DNA of 57,665 bases from Candidatus Parcubacteria bacterium. Lineage in GTDB: Bacteria; Patescibacteriota; Minisyncoccia; Phycocordibacterales; Zambryskibacteraceae. A model generated the notes under the pieces. That model saw nothing but the letters and a program-made list of their open reading frames with translations, was not told the DNA's origin and made no database searches. The position numbers were made by a program, and so were the translations under genes. The stretch lies in the NCBI GenBank assembly GCA_019661865.1, contig JAIFWJ010000004.1, positions 1 through 57,665 of the forward strand, in the 5' to 3' direction. Positions 43,807 through 53,182 of the stretch are shown here, piece after piece; positions within the stretch are counted from its first letter, which is position 1, and every line of letters begins with the position of its first letter.

Positions 43807-45616
43807 TCTTATACTTTCTTGCCCAGATCTGGAAGGTAAGAATGGCCCAGAGTATTGTCAGATTGTATTCGCGTTTTTCCACATGGTTTCGGAGCATTTC
43901 TTGGACCTTTAACCAGTCAAATAAGCCCATTGTTGGGCCATAATAGCCTTCTGAAAGCACATTTTTGGCTATAGAGAGAACTTCCGGCCTACGGAGCCAT
44001 TTTGCCCCAGGGCTAAACCATCCCCTCTTAGGCTGCCTGAATAAGGCCTCGGGTAATTCCTCTCTGAAGGCATCTTTAAGGATCTTTTTAGTCTCAAAAG
44101 GAGTGACCTTAAATGCTAAAGGTAAACTCATCCCAAGCTCCACAATCTCTCTATCGAGTAGAGGAACTCTTTCTTCAATAGACCCTTGCATGCTCATTTT
44201 ATCTCCAAGTATTAGAGCCTGATCCGGCAGCCAGGATGTAAGATCAGCCATCATAAGAGCTTCGGTTTTATCTTTTGATATTCCTAAATATTTTCTAAAA
44301 TCTCTTTTAATTTGAGAAACTGGAGTGAAAAACTTTTTATTTAAAACTTTTTCTAGTCTCCAATCTTTTTCAAATTCGAACTGTACTAACCTATCTAAAG
44401 CATCCATTTCTAACGCATTACGAATTTTTTTAGGCAATAAGAATTTAACTCCAGGAATTTTTCCAAGAGTATCTACTCTTCTGTCCATTTTATATCTATC
44501 GTAACCACCGAAGAGTTCATCTCCGCCATTACCATTTAGAACCACCGTCACATCTTTCTTAGCAAACTTAGAAAGATAAAACATCGGTATGGCAGTAGGA
44601 TTCGAGATTGGGTCATCTATGGTGCTGATAATATCTTCAAGATTTTCTGCTACTTCTTTAGTCGAAATGGTAAGAGGATGATGATCCGCTCCGAAATGCT
44701 TAGCGGAAGCTTCTGCTAATTCAAAATCTTTATTGAACTTATCCTTTTCTTCATTATCCTCGAGATCGAAACCAATTGAGAAAGTTTTAATATTATTTTT
44801 AACTTTCGAGACGGAAGACAGAACTGCGCTAGAGTCTATCCCGCCTGACAAATACACGCCTACCGGCACATCTGATACTAGTTGTCTCTGAATTCCTTTT
44901 GTTACAACTTCTCTTACTCTATCCTTGGCCTCAGTATAATTAAAATAATTAAACTTTTCCGCTTTTAACTTCGGTTCATAATATTTTTCTAGTTCGAGCT
45001 TAGTACCTTTTAAATTAATTCTTGCTCCTGGTGGAAGTTTCTTAATCCCCTGGATCATAGTCTCAGGCTCAGGTACATAAAGTACTCTCATGTATTTGTT
45101 AAATGAATCGAGGTTAAGTTTTCTTGGAATGTCATGCTCTAGTATGGCTTTAACCTCTGATGCAAATATAAAACGCTCTCCATCCCAAAAGTAGTAAAGA
45201 GGCTTCACACCCATATGGTCACGAGCTAAGAAAAGATTTTTATTCTCTGTATCCCATATTGCGAGCGCAAATATGCCATTTAAGTAATTCACCACATCAC
45301 TTCCCCACACCTTATAACCAGCTAGGATAACTTCTGTGTCAGACTGGGTAACAAAGTTATATTTATCCTGAAGTTCGATTCTTAACTCTTTGTAATTATA
45401 AATTTCTCCATTGAAGATAATTACAAGCTTTTTCTCTGTATCAAACATTGGCTGGTTGGCTGCCGGAGACAAGTCGATAATGGCAAGCCTCTTATGTACT
45501 AGAGTAACTTCTTCACTAAAAACTCCTTCAGCATCTGGTCCACGATGCTTTATACACTTGCCCATTTTCAGTGCCTTCTCCCTATCTTCCCAATTAAATC
45601 CTGCTATGCCACACAT
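43787..45616 (-). CDS. asnB: Asparagine synthase (glutamine-hydrolysing)-family amidotransferase
   Basis: An N-terminal MCGIAGF nucleophile, plus YLSGGIDSS (PP-loop). It sits in the glycan locus, so a sugar-acid amidation role is possible (inference). Confidence 0.88.
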   Translation of the reverse strand: MCGIAGFNWEDREKALKMGKCIKHRGPDAEGVFSEEVTLVHKRLAIIDLSPAANQPMFDTEKKLVIIFNGEIYNYKELRIELQDKYNFVTQSDTEVILAGYKVWGSDVVNYLNGIFALAIWDTENKNLFLARDHMGVKPLYYFWDGERFIFASEVKAILEHDIPRKLNLDSFNKYMRVLYVPEPETMIQGIKKLPPGARINLKGTKLELEKYYEPKLKAEKFNYFNYTEAKDRVREVVTKGIQRQLVSDVPVGVYLSGGIDSSAVLSSVSKVKNNIKTFSIGFDLEDNEEKDKFNKDFELAEASAKHFGADHHPLTISTKEVAENLEDIISTIDDPISNPTAIPMFYLSKFAKKDVTVVLNGNGGDELFGGYDRYKMDRRVDTLGKIPGVKFLLPKKIRNALEMDALDRLVQFEFEKDWRLEKVLNKKFFTPVSQIKRDFRKYLGISKDKTEALMMADLTSWLPDQALILGDKMSMQGSIEERVPLLDREIVELGMSLPLAFKVTPFETKKILKDAFREELPEALFRQPKRGWFSPGAKWLRRPEVLSIAKNVLSEGYYGPTMGLFDWLKVQEMLRNHVEKREYNLTILWAILTFQIWARKYKIEFPNG

Positions 45617-46656
45617 GATTTTATAAGTTCACTTATCTTCGAAGCTACATTTTCTACATTATGCTTCTCTATCACAAGTGCCCTAGCGATCTTTCTGTAA
45701 GATTCTTTCTTATCCTCTGGCCAACCGAGGACTGTCCTTATCCTATCTGAAAGAGCTAAGACATCATCCTCTGGGAAATATAAATCTCGTCCAAGCTCTA
45801 AGAACTCTGCCTTGTATACAGGAGTGGGAACTATAGCAGGCACACCCACACTCATGGCCTCAAGTTCAGTCTTACCGAACCCTCCTCCTCCTTGAAGTCT
45901 TACAAATATTCTATGGCTACCATAGACGTCTGGAGCTGATTTATTGGCTATCCCGCCCTTCCAATGGATGTCACTCTGAAGTCCATACCTGTCGACCATA
46001 TTCTTAAGATCCTGCATATATTCTCCATCTTCTACCCGAGCAGGATCGCCATAAATATCTACTGTCACTCTTAAGCTCCTGGATTTCAGGTGCCTAATAG
46101 CTTCTATGAGAGTTTCAATCCTCTTCACTTTAGATATACGCGAGAGTACAAGTACATCTGCCACCGGCTCATACTCTCGAGGCGAGAAAGCCTCTGTGTC
46201 TATGCCGTGCCCGGTTGATAAAACTTTGGAAGAATCCAGTTCGAAGCTCTCTTTAGATGGAGTGAGAATCCAATTGACGTGATCAATCGCCCAGCGAGCA
46301 GTGGGACTAACCTTTATATGCGCATACCACATTATGACTGGCTTCTTATAATACTTATTTAGTGGATGAAGAGCTTTGACATATTCTGGTGCCATGTGGA
46401 TGAAGACTCCATCTGCCTTGGGTAAAAGTAATAGTCCATAAATGTAGAAAAATATTCCTTGAACGAGTTTAAGTCTTTTTCTTTCTTTTCCTAAAGAATA
46501 GACATGAACATTGCTTGGAAGATGGTGCTCCCCTTTAGCCAGACAGATAACATCTACTCTATCGAACCGATTTGATAAGGCCCTGAGCCATAGGGTGAAG
46601 AAGCCTAAGATGTCACTGTTTTCATCTACACGTTGTGTTATGACTAGAAGACGCAT
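45604..46656 (-). CDS. GT4-family glycosyltransferase
   Basis: GGGGFGKTELEAMSVGVPAIV. Confidence 0.8.
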   Translation of the reverse strand: MRLLVITQRVDENSDILGFFTLWLRALSNRFDRVDVICLAKGEHHLPSNVHVYSLGKERKRLKLVQGIFFYIYGLLLLPKADGVFIHMAPEYVKALHPLNKYYKKPVIMWYAHIKVSPTARWAIDHVNWILTPSKESFELDSSKVLSTGHGIDTEAFSPREYEPVADVLVLSRISKVKRIETLIEAIRHLKSRSLRVTVDIYGDPARVEDGEYMQDLKNMVDRYGLQSDIHWKGGIANKSAPDVYGSHRIFVRLQGGGGFGKTELEAMSVGVPAIVPTPVYKAEFLELGRDLYFPEDDVLALSDRIRTVLGWPEDKKESYRKIARALVIEKHNVENVASKISELIKSCVA

Positions 46657-47810
46657 TAGAGTATCTTAGTAGCGACATTCTCCCAAGTGCTTTTAAGTTT
46701 ATTCAAATATTCTTCTCTGGACATGATCTTCCCCTTCAAGGCCTCGCTCATATGAGTCTTCAGGTTCTCACGCTTAAAATTGTTTTCCAGAATTGACGCG
46801 ATCGTGGATGCGAAGCATTCCACGTCGTCCGGAGAACAGATACAAATTTCAACTCCATTTTGAAATTCATTGGCCACTCCTACCGGTGTACTTACTACTG
46901 GCATACCAGATAGAGCAGCTTCGATAAGTGCCATACCGTATCCTTCATACTCAGATGTCTGTATAAAGACACTTCCGGTCTTATAGTACGAAGTTAAATC
47001 ATCTTCCCAACCGACGAAAGCCACATTCTTTTCCACCCCAAGTTCTTTAGCAAGCTTTTTCAGATTATTCTCTTCTCCGCCAGACCCCACAATAACTAAA
47101 CCCATACTTTCAAACGTTTCCTTAAGTCTAGCTAAAACTCTTAAGGCCAGGCCGAAGTTCTTCTCAGGAGCAAGACGACCAACACTTAGTAAAATATGCC
47201 TCCAACTATACTTAGAATGCAGATCGAACTTGATTTGAGCCTTTTGGATTTTCTCTTTATCTATAAAGATAGGCAAGACTCTAACCTTACTCTGGTCAAT
47301 TCCAAAATTCTTTACCACTTTTGCCTTTAAGTCTTCATTTACTACTCTAACTCCATCCACATGTTGAAAGACCCTATCCGCAATTTTAAGTCTGATTTGG
47401 TTAAGTCTGCCTGAGAATAATGGTGAGAACGGGTCGGTGTGGAGTTGGACCTCAAGTGGTAGGCGCCACTTTTCTTTAACCCTTACTCCAGCTAAGCCTG
47501 CCTCGAATGGATCCTGGGTGGTAATAACTGACTTCCCTCTCACAAACTTCTTCTCATAAACTATTTTCTTCCCTACCTTGGCGGCATTATATGGTCTCAA
47601 GAACTTGAAGAATGAACTAGTAGGGTAAACCCATACATTTCGACCAAGTTGGCTTGGCCTGAGGCCATGCCTCATATCAGAAAGAAGGACTATATGCAGC
47701 TCTTCGACCAGAGTGCCATAACTTAGCATTCTTTCAGAAACAGCGCTCCCAGGCACGGCGATATTGCGGTCGCTTGAGATCATAAGCACCTTGAGCCCTC
47801 CTAAGTTCAT
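46656..47810 (-). CDS. GT4-family glycosyltransferase
   Basis: SEYEGYGMALIEAALSGMPVVST. A TATAAT box lies 6 nt upstream of the ATG. Confidence 0.82.
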   Translation of the reverse strand: MNLGGLKVLMISSDRNIAVPGSAVSERMLSYGTLVEELHIVLLSDMRHGLRPSQLGRNVWVYPTSSFFKFLRPYNAAKVGKKIVYEKKFVRGKSVITTQDPFEAGLAGVRVKEKWRLPLEVQLHTDPFSPLFSGRLNQIRLKIADRVFQHVDGVRVVNEDLKAKVVKNFGIDQSKVRVLPIFIDKEKIQKAQIKFDLHSKYSWRHILLSVGRLAPEKNFGLALRVLARLKETFESMGLVIVGSGGEENNLKKLAKELGVEKNVAFVGWEDDLTSYYKTGSVFIQTSEYEGYGMALIEAALSGMPVVSTPVGVANEFQNGVEICICSPDDVECFASTIASILENNFKRENLKTHMSEALKGKIMSREEYLNKLKSTWENVATKIL

Positions 47811-47830
47811 TGACTCATTATATGCTTATT

Positions 47831-48949
47831 TTAGGCCTTAAGAAACGCAGAAATTTCTCCGAGCATTCTCTCTTCTCCGAAGAATTCTAGCTTCTTTTTA
47901 CCGTTTGAAACGAACTTCTCTCTAAGATCTGAGTCAGAAAGTACTGAGATAATTGCCTCCTTTATTGCCTCTCTGTCGTTGTAGCCTAAGAGGATTCCAG
48001 ACTTCTGGTCATCCACCGTCTCGGTATTGCCACCAGCTCGAGTTGTCACAATTGGAGTTTCAAGGGCCATTACCTCAAGAAGCTGGTGAGACAGCCCTTC
48101 ATAAGACGTATTTAGTACGAATAAATCGGAAGCTTTGATTTGTTTAAATAATTCCTCTTGCTTCACTCTGCCAAGAAGTGTTACGTATTTAGAAGTTTTA
48201 GTTTCTTTAACCTTACTTTCAAGGTAGTTCTTGTCTGGTCCATCACCAGCAATGTAAAGATGAGCATCGGGAATCTTCTCAGCAATTTCATGCATAAGAG
48301 AAATAAGAGTATCGAATCCTTTCCAAGGTACTAACCTACCGGCAGAAATTATAATGGTGCCCTTCCAGCCAAGTTCCTTCCGATACTCTTCCTTGGTACC
48401 GTTAATATGCGGAGCATGGAATGCATTATAAATAACTGTTATTTTCTGAGGATTGACTCCCCAATTAGAGATAATCATCTTTAAGTACTTCGACGGTACT
48501 ATGACCTTGTCTGCATGACTAGCTACGAAGAACTGAACTCTCTTCAAGATCCGGACTAGAGGAGGATACTTATTAAACTCAGTTGAGAACTGATCTAGAA
48601 GATCTGTTACTCCTGCTCTCTGACTCCCTTGCTCCCATGCATAGTCTCCGACAATCTTTATATAAAATTTCTTTCGTAAGATTTTGGCTGCAATTAGAGC
48701 TGGCAAACCCACAGACACAGGATCCTGAGCGTATATGATGTCGGCAGTTATCCCAGAGAAAAAAACTTTGAAAAAATAGACCACGTGCCGGATAATTTTC
48801 GGAAATCCTAAGACCCAACCGAAACTCTGAATCTTAATTTCAAATCCTCTTTCTGGAAGCTTCTCCAAAAGTAATTTCGAATATGTAGCTGGTCCTCCAA
48901 CTTGTGGTGGGAAAAGTCCTGTAGCAATAAGTATTCTAATCTTTTTCAT
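47831..48949 (-). CDS. GT4-family glycosyltransferase
   Basis: SYEGLSHQLLEVMALETPIVTT and an N-terminal GGPATY motif. Confidence 0.82.
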   Translation of the reverse strand: MKKIRILIATGLFPPQVGGPATYSKLLLEKLPERGFEIKIQSFGWVLGFPKIIRHVVYFFKVFFSGITADIIYAQDPVSVGLPALIAAKILRKKFYIKIVGDYAWEQGSQRAGVTDLLDQFSTEFNKYPPLVRILKRVQFFVASHADKVIVPSKYLKMIISNWGVNPQKITVIYNAFHAPHINGTKEEYRKELGWKGTIIISAGRLVPWKGFDTLISLMHEIAEKIPDAHLYIAGDGPDKNYLESKVKETKTSKYVTLLGRVKQEELFKQIKASDLFVLNTSYEGLSHQLLEVMALETPIVTTRAGGNTETVDDQKSGILLGYNDREAIKEAIISVLSDSDLREKFVSNGKKKLEFFGEERMLGEISAFLKA

Positions 48950-49893
48950 TTGTGTTTGTGTATTTTTTCTTTATACCACTCGACCTGCTTTTTTAATCCT
49001 TCCTGTAGAGGTACCTTAGGATTGTATCCGAAGAATTTTCTCATTTTAGAGATATTTGCACCTGTCTCGATCTGGTCTCCGGGCCGGCGGGGCATTACAT
49101 TGAACTTAGCCTTACGACCTAATAAGGACTCAATGATCTCGATCCCATCCTTGGTGGTCATAGTCTTATCAGTACCTAGATTAAAAATCTCTCCTACAGC
49201 CTTATCTACATTCTCTGTTACTAAGACACATCCGTCCACTATGTCACTTATAAATGTATAGCTTCTGACATGATGTTCTGATCCTTCATGAAGAGGCATG
49301 GGCTTATCCTCTAAGATAGATTTTATGAGCTTGTGGTAGAGCTTCTCCGGACGCTCTCTGGGTCCGTATACTGAGAAAAACCGAAGTACTATTACTGGCA
49401 AACCTGACTCTCGATAGTAGGACATGGCCAACTGTTCAGAAGCAAGTTTGGTTACTCCATAGTTAGAAGTAGGTTTCGGTTCTGCAGTTTCTTCTTCTGT
49501 GGCACGAGCACCGTAGACAGAAGAGGTGGAGGCATGGATAAAGGCCTTAAGAGTAGGAACTTTCTTGGCTACTTCAAGAAGTCTGTGAGTAGCAATTATG
49601 TTGTCATCAAGATAGGTTTGGAATGGAGTGGTGGCCGAGATCCCAGGTTGTGCAGCACAGTGGAAAATTATATCTACATCTTTCAATAGGCTGTCGAACT
49701 CATCTGTAGTTAGATCGATATAATGCATTTCAACTCCGATCTTCTCTAGATCAGTGGCATTAATCTTTTTAATATTTGGATCGTAGTAAGGTTTAAGTGC
49801 ATCTATACCTACTACGGTGTGTCCAAGTTCTACGAAGCGCTCTGCCAAATGTGACCCTATAGCGCCAGCTGCTCCAGTAACAACTATTTTCAT
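48946..49893 (-). CDS. NAD-dependent nucleotide-sugar epimerase/dehydratase (extended SDR)
   Basis: MKIVVTGAAGAIGSHLAERF and YGVTK. ATGA-type overlaps with both neighbours. Confidence 0.85.
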   Translation of the reverse strand: MKIVVTGAAGAIGSHLAERFVELGHTVVGIDALKPYYDPNIKKINATDLEKIGVEMHYIDLTTDEFDSLLKDVDIIFHCAAQPGISATTPFQTYLDDNIIATHRLLEVAKKVPTLKAFIHASTSSVYGARATEEETAEPKPTSNYGVTKLASEQLAMSYYRESGLPVIVLRFFSVYGPRERPEKLYHKLIKSILEDKPMPLHEGSEHHVRSYTFISDIVDGCVLVTENVDKAVGEIFNLGTDKTMTTKDGIEIIESLLGRKAKFNVMPRRPGDQIETGANISKMRKFFGYNPKVPLQEGLKKQVEWYKEKIHKHK

Positions 49894-51077
49894 ATGGTAT
49901 CAAATACTTTACTCTTCATATCTCTAGCAATCAAATTCCAGTCATACTTCTCTATAGCAAGTTTCCGACCATTCTCGATAAGTTTATTTCGGAGGTTTTC
50001 GTCAGAGATAAGTCTCTTCACTTCTGTGGCAATACTTTCTGGATCCTCTACCTTTGCAAACAAACCTGTCTCCTCGTTTTTAATGAAATCAACTATACCA
50101 CCAACAGGTGTAGCGATAACTGGGATACCCGCTGCCATGGCTTCTATAAATGAGTTTCCAAACCCCTCGCTCAAAGAAGGACGGACGAAAATATCTGAGA
50201 TCTTAAGATACTTCGGCATTTCCTTATGCGGAATATAGCCTAAGAATTTCACTCTTCTTTCTAATCCTAGATTTCTAGCTTTGAGTTTTAACTCTTCTTC
50301 CTGGTAGCCTTGTCCTAATATTAAAAACTTCACATTATTCGGTAAGTGTCTTAGAGACTCCACCACATCTCCCACGGCATTCTTCACCACAAGCCGAGAA
50401 GTGGTGATAAGAAATACGTCTGCATTTTGTTTCCCTAACTTTTTCTTGAGCTCATTTAATTCATCTTGAGAATATTCTTTAGTGAAAAGTGTTGTGTCCA
50501 CTCCATTAGGCACCACCTCAATAGGATTCTTCTGCCCCATATCTCGAGCCCAATCCGCCAAGTAGTTCGAAATGGTTTGAATTTTATTTGCGCGAGTAAA
50601 AATATTTTTGAACATAGGGTAGAAGACTCCCACTCGCTTTTTTATATAATCGATGGGATCCCCTTCCTGAAGAGTTAAAATAAACGGCACTTTAGAGAAC
50701 CTCGACTTGAAAAATAATGCCGCGAAGCTGTTATATGTGGCCATCATAGACCAGATAGCATCATACTTATACTGTTTGTGGAGCCTCACCGCCTCCCAGT
50801 AACCAGAGAAAGCAATAAGATATTTATTTAAGTGAAGTGGGAACCTCAATGAATCTGAAGAGTCCCTAGTAACACCTGCGAACCCCACTCTATGTACAAG
50901 GACATTCCCAATCTTCTCTATCTTAGGTAAGTTCTTATCTAGCCTGAGGGTCACCATATGGAATTCGAACTCACTCGGGTTAAGTCTGTCGGTAATCTCT
51001 TTTATAGCCACTTCAGCACCTCCAATGAAGCGCGGGTAGTATACGAGACTGAATATTAGAATCTTTTTAGGAGACAT
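49890..51077 (-). CDS. GT4-family glycosyltransferase
   Basis: SLSEGFGNSFIEAMAAGIPVIATPVGG. Confidence 0.85.
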   Translation of the reverse strand: MSPKKILIFSLVYYPRFIGGAEVAIKEITDRLNPSEFEFHMVTLRLDKNLPKIEKIGNVLVHRVGFAGVTRDSSDSLRFPLHLNKYLIAFSGYWEAVRLHKQYKYDAIWSMMATYNSFAALFFKSRFSKVPFILTLQEGDPIDYIKKRVGVFYPMFKNIFTRANKIQTISNYLADWARDMGQKNPIEVVPNGVDTTLFTKEYSQDELNELKKKLGKQNADVFLITTSRLVVKNAVGDVVESLRHLPNNVKFLILGQGYQEEELKLKARNLGLERRVKFLGYIPHKEMPKYLKISDIFVRPSLSEGFGNSFIEAMAAGIPVIATPVGGIVDFIKNEETGLFAKVEDPESIATEVKRLISDENLRNKLIENGRKLAIEKYDWNLIARDMKSKVFDTI

Positions 51078-52815
51078 CTAGGAGTTCTCTCAGTTTATCT
51101 TCTGGAATTTCTTTTGGGCTTTCTGGTTTTCTATTTTCTACTTTGGGCTCTGGTCTTGACTCAGGCTTAGTCTCTATTTTAGGAGAGGGCTTTATTATAG
51201 AGGAAAGAGCAGAACGAAGCTCGTTCATATGCTCCTTGGTAGGAGGACGCTGATTACTACTTTTATTCTCTAAATTCTTTAAAGATATAGCCGAGAGAGG
51301 TTTAAAGCCCGCCTCGACTAGCGGAGAGTCGACGCGAGGCGGGTCGTCCTTCGGAAGTTCCCTTACAGTCTCGACTTTCACCCTGTCTTCCTTAAAGTCC
51401 CGCCTTTCCTGTCTGAAGTTCTCCCTTCTTTCACCTTCTCTTCTGTCTGATGGCCGCCTGTCTCGCTTGTCAACGCGATTTTCGAACTCTCGCCTGGGTG
51501 GTCTCACTTCTGTTTGCCTGCCTTCCTCATGCCATTTCTGAATTGCATTTTCCACTACGGCTCTCGGCTCGGCGAATGTTCCTCTAGAGTAATCCATGAT
51601 GTCATTGACTAGAGAGGATGGAGGTTTCTCTATAGGGGCAAGCGTCCTAGCAGAGAAGGGTTGGCTTCCTATGCCATTTATCATAAGCTTTAGATATATC
51701 TGATACGATCCTAGATTAACTAGATCTTCTGCTGTAAAGACTGGCGCAAACTCTTTTTCAAGCACTTCTGCATCATATGCACCCACACGAAAGGTGATCA
51801 TGGTCCCTACGTTACCGAAGACCGCTGCGCGCACCTCCTCAGACATCTGCTCTATGTACTGGTGGGCAATAGTTAGGTTCAATTTATACTTACGAGCTTC
51901 GGATAGAATGTCTGCAAACGATTCATTGGCAAATGACTGAAACTCGTCCACATAAAGATAGAAGTTAGGAAGTTTATTCAACTCTGCTTCACTCTTATCA
52001 GCACGACTCATAGCAGCTAAGTAGATCTTGGTAATGAGCATCGAACCCAAGAGGTTGGCATTGGTCTCACCTACGCGACCCTTGGAGAGATTTACAATCA
52101 TGATCTTACCCTCGTCCATAAGTTTTCTGATGTCGAAGGAGGACTTGGACTGGCCAATTATATTTCTTACAAGTGGGTTAGCAGTGAACTGTCCAATCTT
52201 ATTCTGAATGGCGGCGCCAGCTTCTTGCATATACTGCTGACCATACTTGGCGAATTCATCTACCCAGAAGGACTTCACTGACGGGTCAGAAATATTTTCA
52301 ACTACCTTGTTGCGATACTCCTTGTCGCTAAGCATTCTGTTTACTCCCAAGAGTGATGACTCAGGATATTCAAGAAGAGCGAGGATGGTGTTGGTTAAGA
52401 TATATTCCATCCTGGCAGACCATGCATCAACCCAGATTTTCTTAAAAGCGGCCATCAAGCCGTTTGCCACTAAGTGACGCTTATCTACACCTACATCTTC
52501 CATGACATTAAATGAGATTGGATACTCTATGTCGAATGGAGCAAAGAAGAGAACATCTTTCACTCTCTCGGGTGGTACATACTCGAGGAGAAGATCTGCT
52601 GTCTTACCGTGTGGATCTATAAAGCACATTCCTTCTCCACTTTTAATATCTTGGACAGCCATGTTCTCAAGAAGAGTAGACTTACCCATGCCGGTCTTGC
52701 CTATGACGTATACGTGCTTAAGACGGTCCTTAGCCTTAATGCCGAATGAGACTCGCTTGTTCCTGGAGTCTGTCTCACCAAAGTATGTAATTTTCTCAGG
52801 ATCGTAGATGTACAT
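51067..52815 (-). CDS. Soluble VirD4/TraG/TraD-like (T4SS coupling-protein-type) P-loop ATPase with a ~150-aa charged low-complexity tail
   Basis: Walker A is IGKTGMGKST and Walker B is LYVDEFQSF. EARKYKLNLTIAHQYIEQM resembles the TraG/TraD C-terminal core. There is no N-terminal TM helix. The tail includes RPPRREFENRVDKRDRRPSDRREGERRENFRQERRDFKEDR. A TATAAT box lies 7 nt before the ATG. Confidence 0.75.
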   Translation of the reverse strand: MYIYDPEKITYFGETDSRNKRVSFGIKAKDRLKHVYVIGKTGMGKSTLLENMAVQDIKSGEGMCFIDPHGKTADLLLEYVPPERVKDVLFFAPFDIEYPISFNVMEDVGVDKRHLVANGLMAAFKKIWVDAWSARMEYILTNTILALLEYPESSLLGVNRMLSDKEYRNKVVENISDPSVKSFWVDEFAKYGQQYMQEAGAAIQNKIGQFTANPLVRNIIGQSKSSFDIRKLMDEGKIMIVNLSKGRVGETNANLLGSMLITKIYLAAMSRADKSEAELNKLPNFYLYVDEFQSFANESFADILSEARKYKLNLTIAHQYIEQMSEEVRAAVFGNVGTMITFRVGAYDAEVLEKEFAPVFTAEDLVNLGSYQIYLKLMINGIGSQPFSARTLAPIEKPPSSLVNDIMDYSRGTFAEPRAVVENAIQKWHEEGRQTEVRPPRREFENRVDKRDRRPSDRREGERRENFRQERRDFKEDRVKVETVRELPKDDPPRVDSPLVEAGFKPLSAISLKNLENKSSNQRPPTKEHMNELRSALSSIIKPSPKIETKPESRPEPKVENRKPESPKEIPEDKLRELLDVS

Positions 52816-52853
52816 TTTTTTAATTATAACATTTTGGTATTAAAAAGGTCCGG

Positions 52854-53087
52854 CTACATACGCCGAACCAGAAACGGAAGACTGATCGCCGCAGCGACAA
52901 TGACGAGACCGAGGAGGAAGAAACCGATGAACCTGAATTGTGCGTCAGGTTCAATCCCTGAGCGAAGTTCTGCATCCGCTCTCTGCTCTCGAAGCTGGCG
53001 CACACCAATAGTGGCGGATACCATCACCCCAAGACCGATGGCAACCATAATAGTGACTGCGATAGCGTTGAAAATGATGCTTCGCAT
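52854..53087 (-). CDS. Small two-TM membrane protein (77 aa)
   Basis: This shortens the 118-aa track ORF to the Met preceded by AAGGAGGT-aggt-ATG (ATG at 53085-53087). The product is MRSIIFNAIAVTIMVAIGLGVMV..FIGFFLLGLVIVAAAISLPFLV. It has its own promoter at 53128-53155. Confidence 0.6.
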   Translation of the reverse strand: MRSIIFNAIAVTIMVAIGLGVMVSATIGVRQLREQRADAELRSGIEPDAQFRFIGFFLLGLVIVAAAISLPFLVRRM

Positions 53088-53127
53088 ACCTACCTCCTTG
53101 TGGTTAATGGAACATTCATCTATTGGC

Positions 53128-53155
53128 ACTATACTGTATATAAAAAATTTGTCAA
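53128..53155 (-). promoter_or_regulatory. Sigma-70-like promoter TTGACA-16-TATAGT
   Basis: The minus strand has TTGACA (complement of 53150-53155) and TATAGT (complement of 53128-53133). A ~40-nt leader carries AAGGAGGT. Confidence 0.5.
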
Positions 53156-53182
53156 ATGAAAAAGCCGCCTTACTTAGGCGGC
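53156..53182 (-). terminator. Rho-independent terminator overlapping the stop of the 53170..53976 gene
   Basis: gccgcc-ttactta-ggcggc (53164-53182). The minus RNA is followed by UUUUUCAUUU. Confidence 0.6.
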
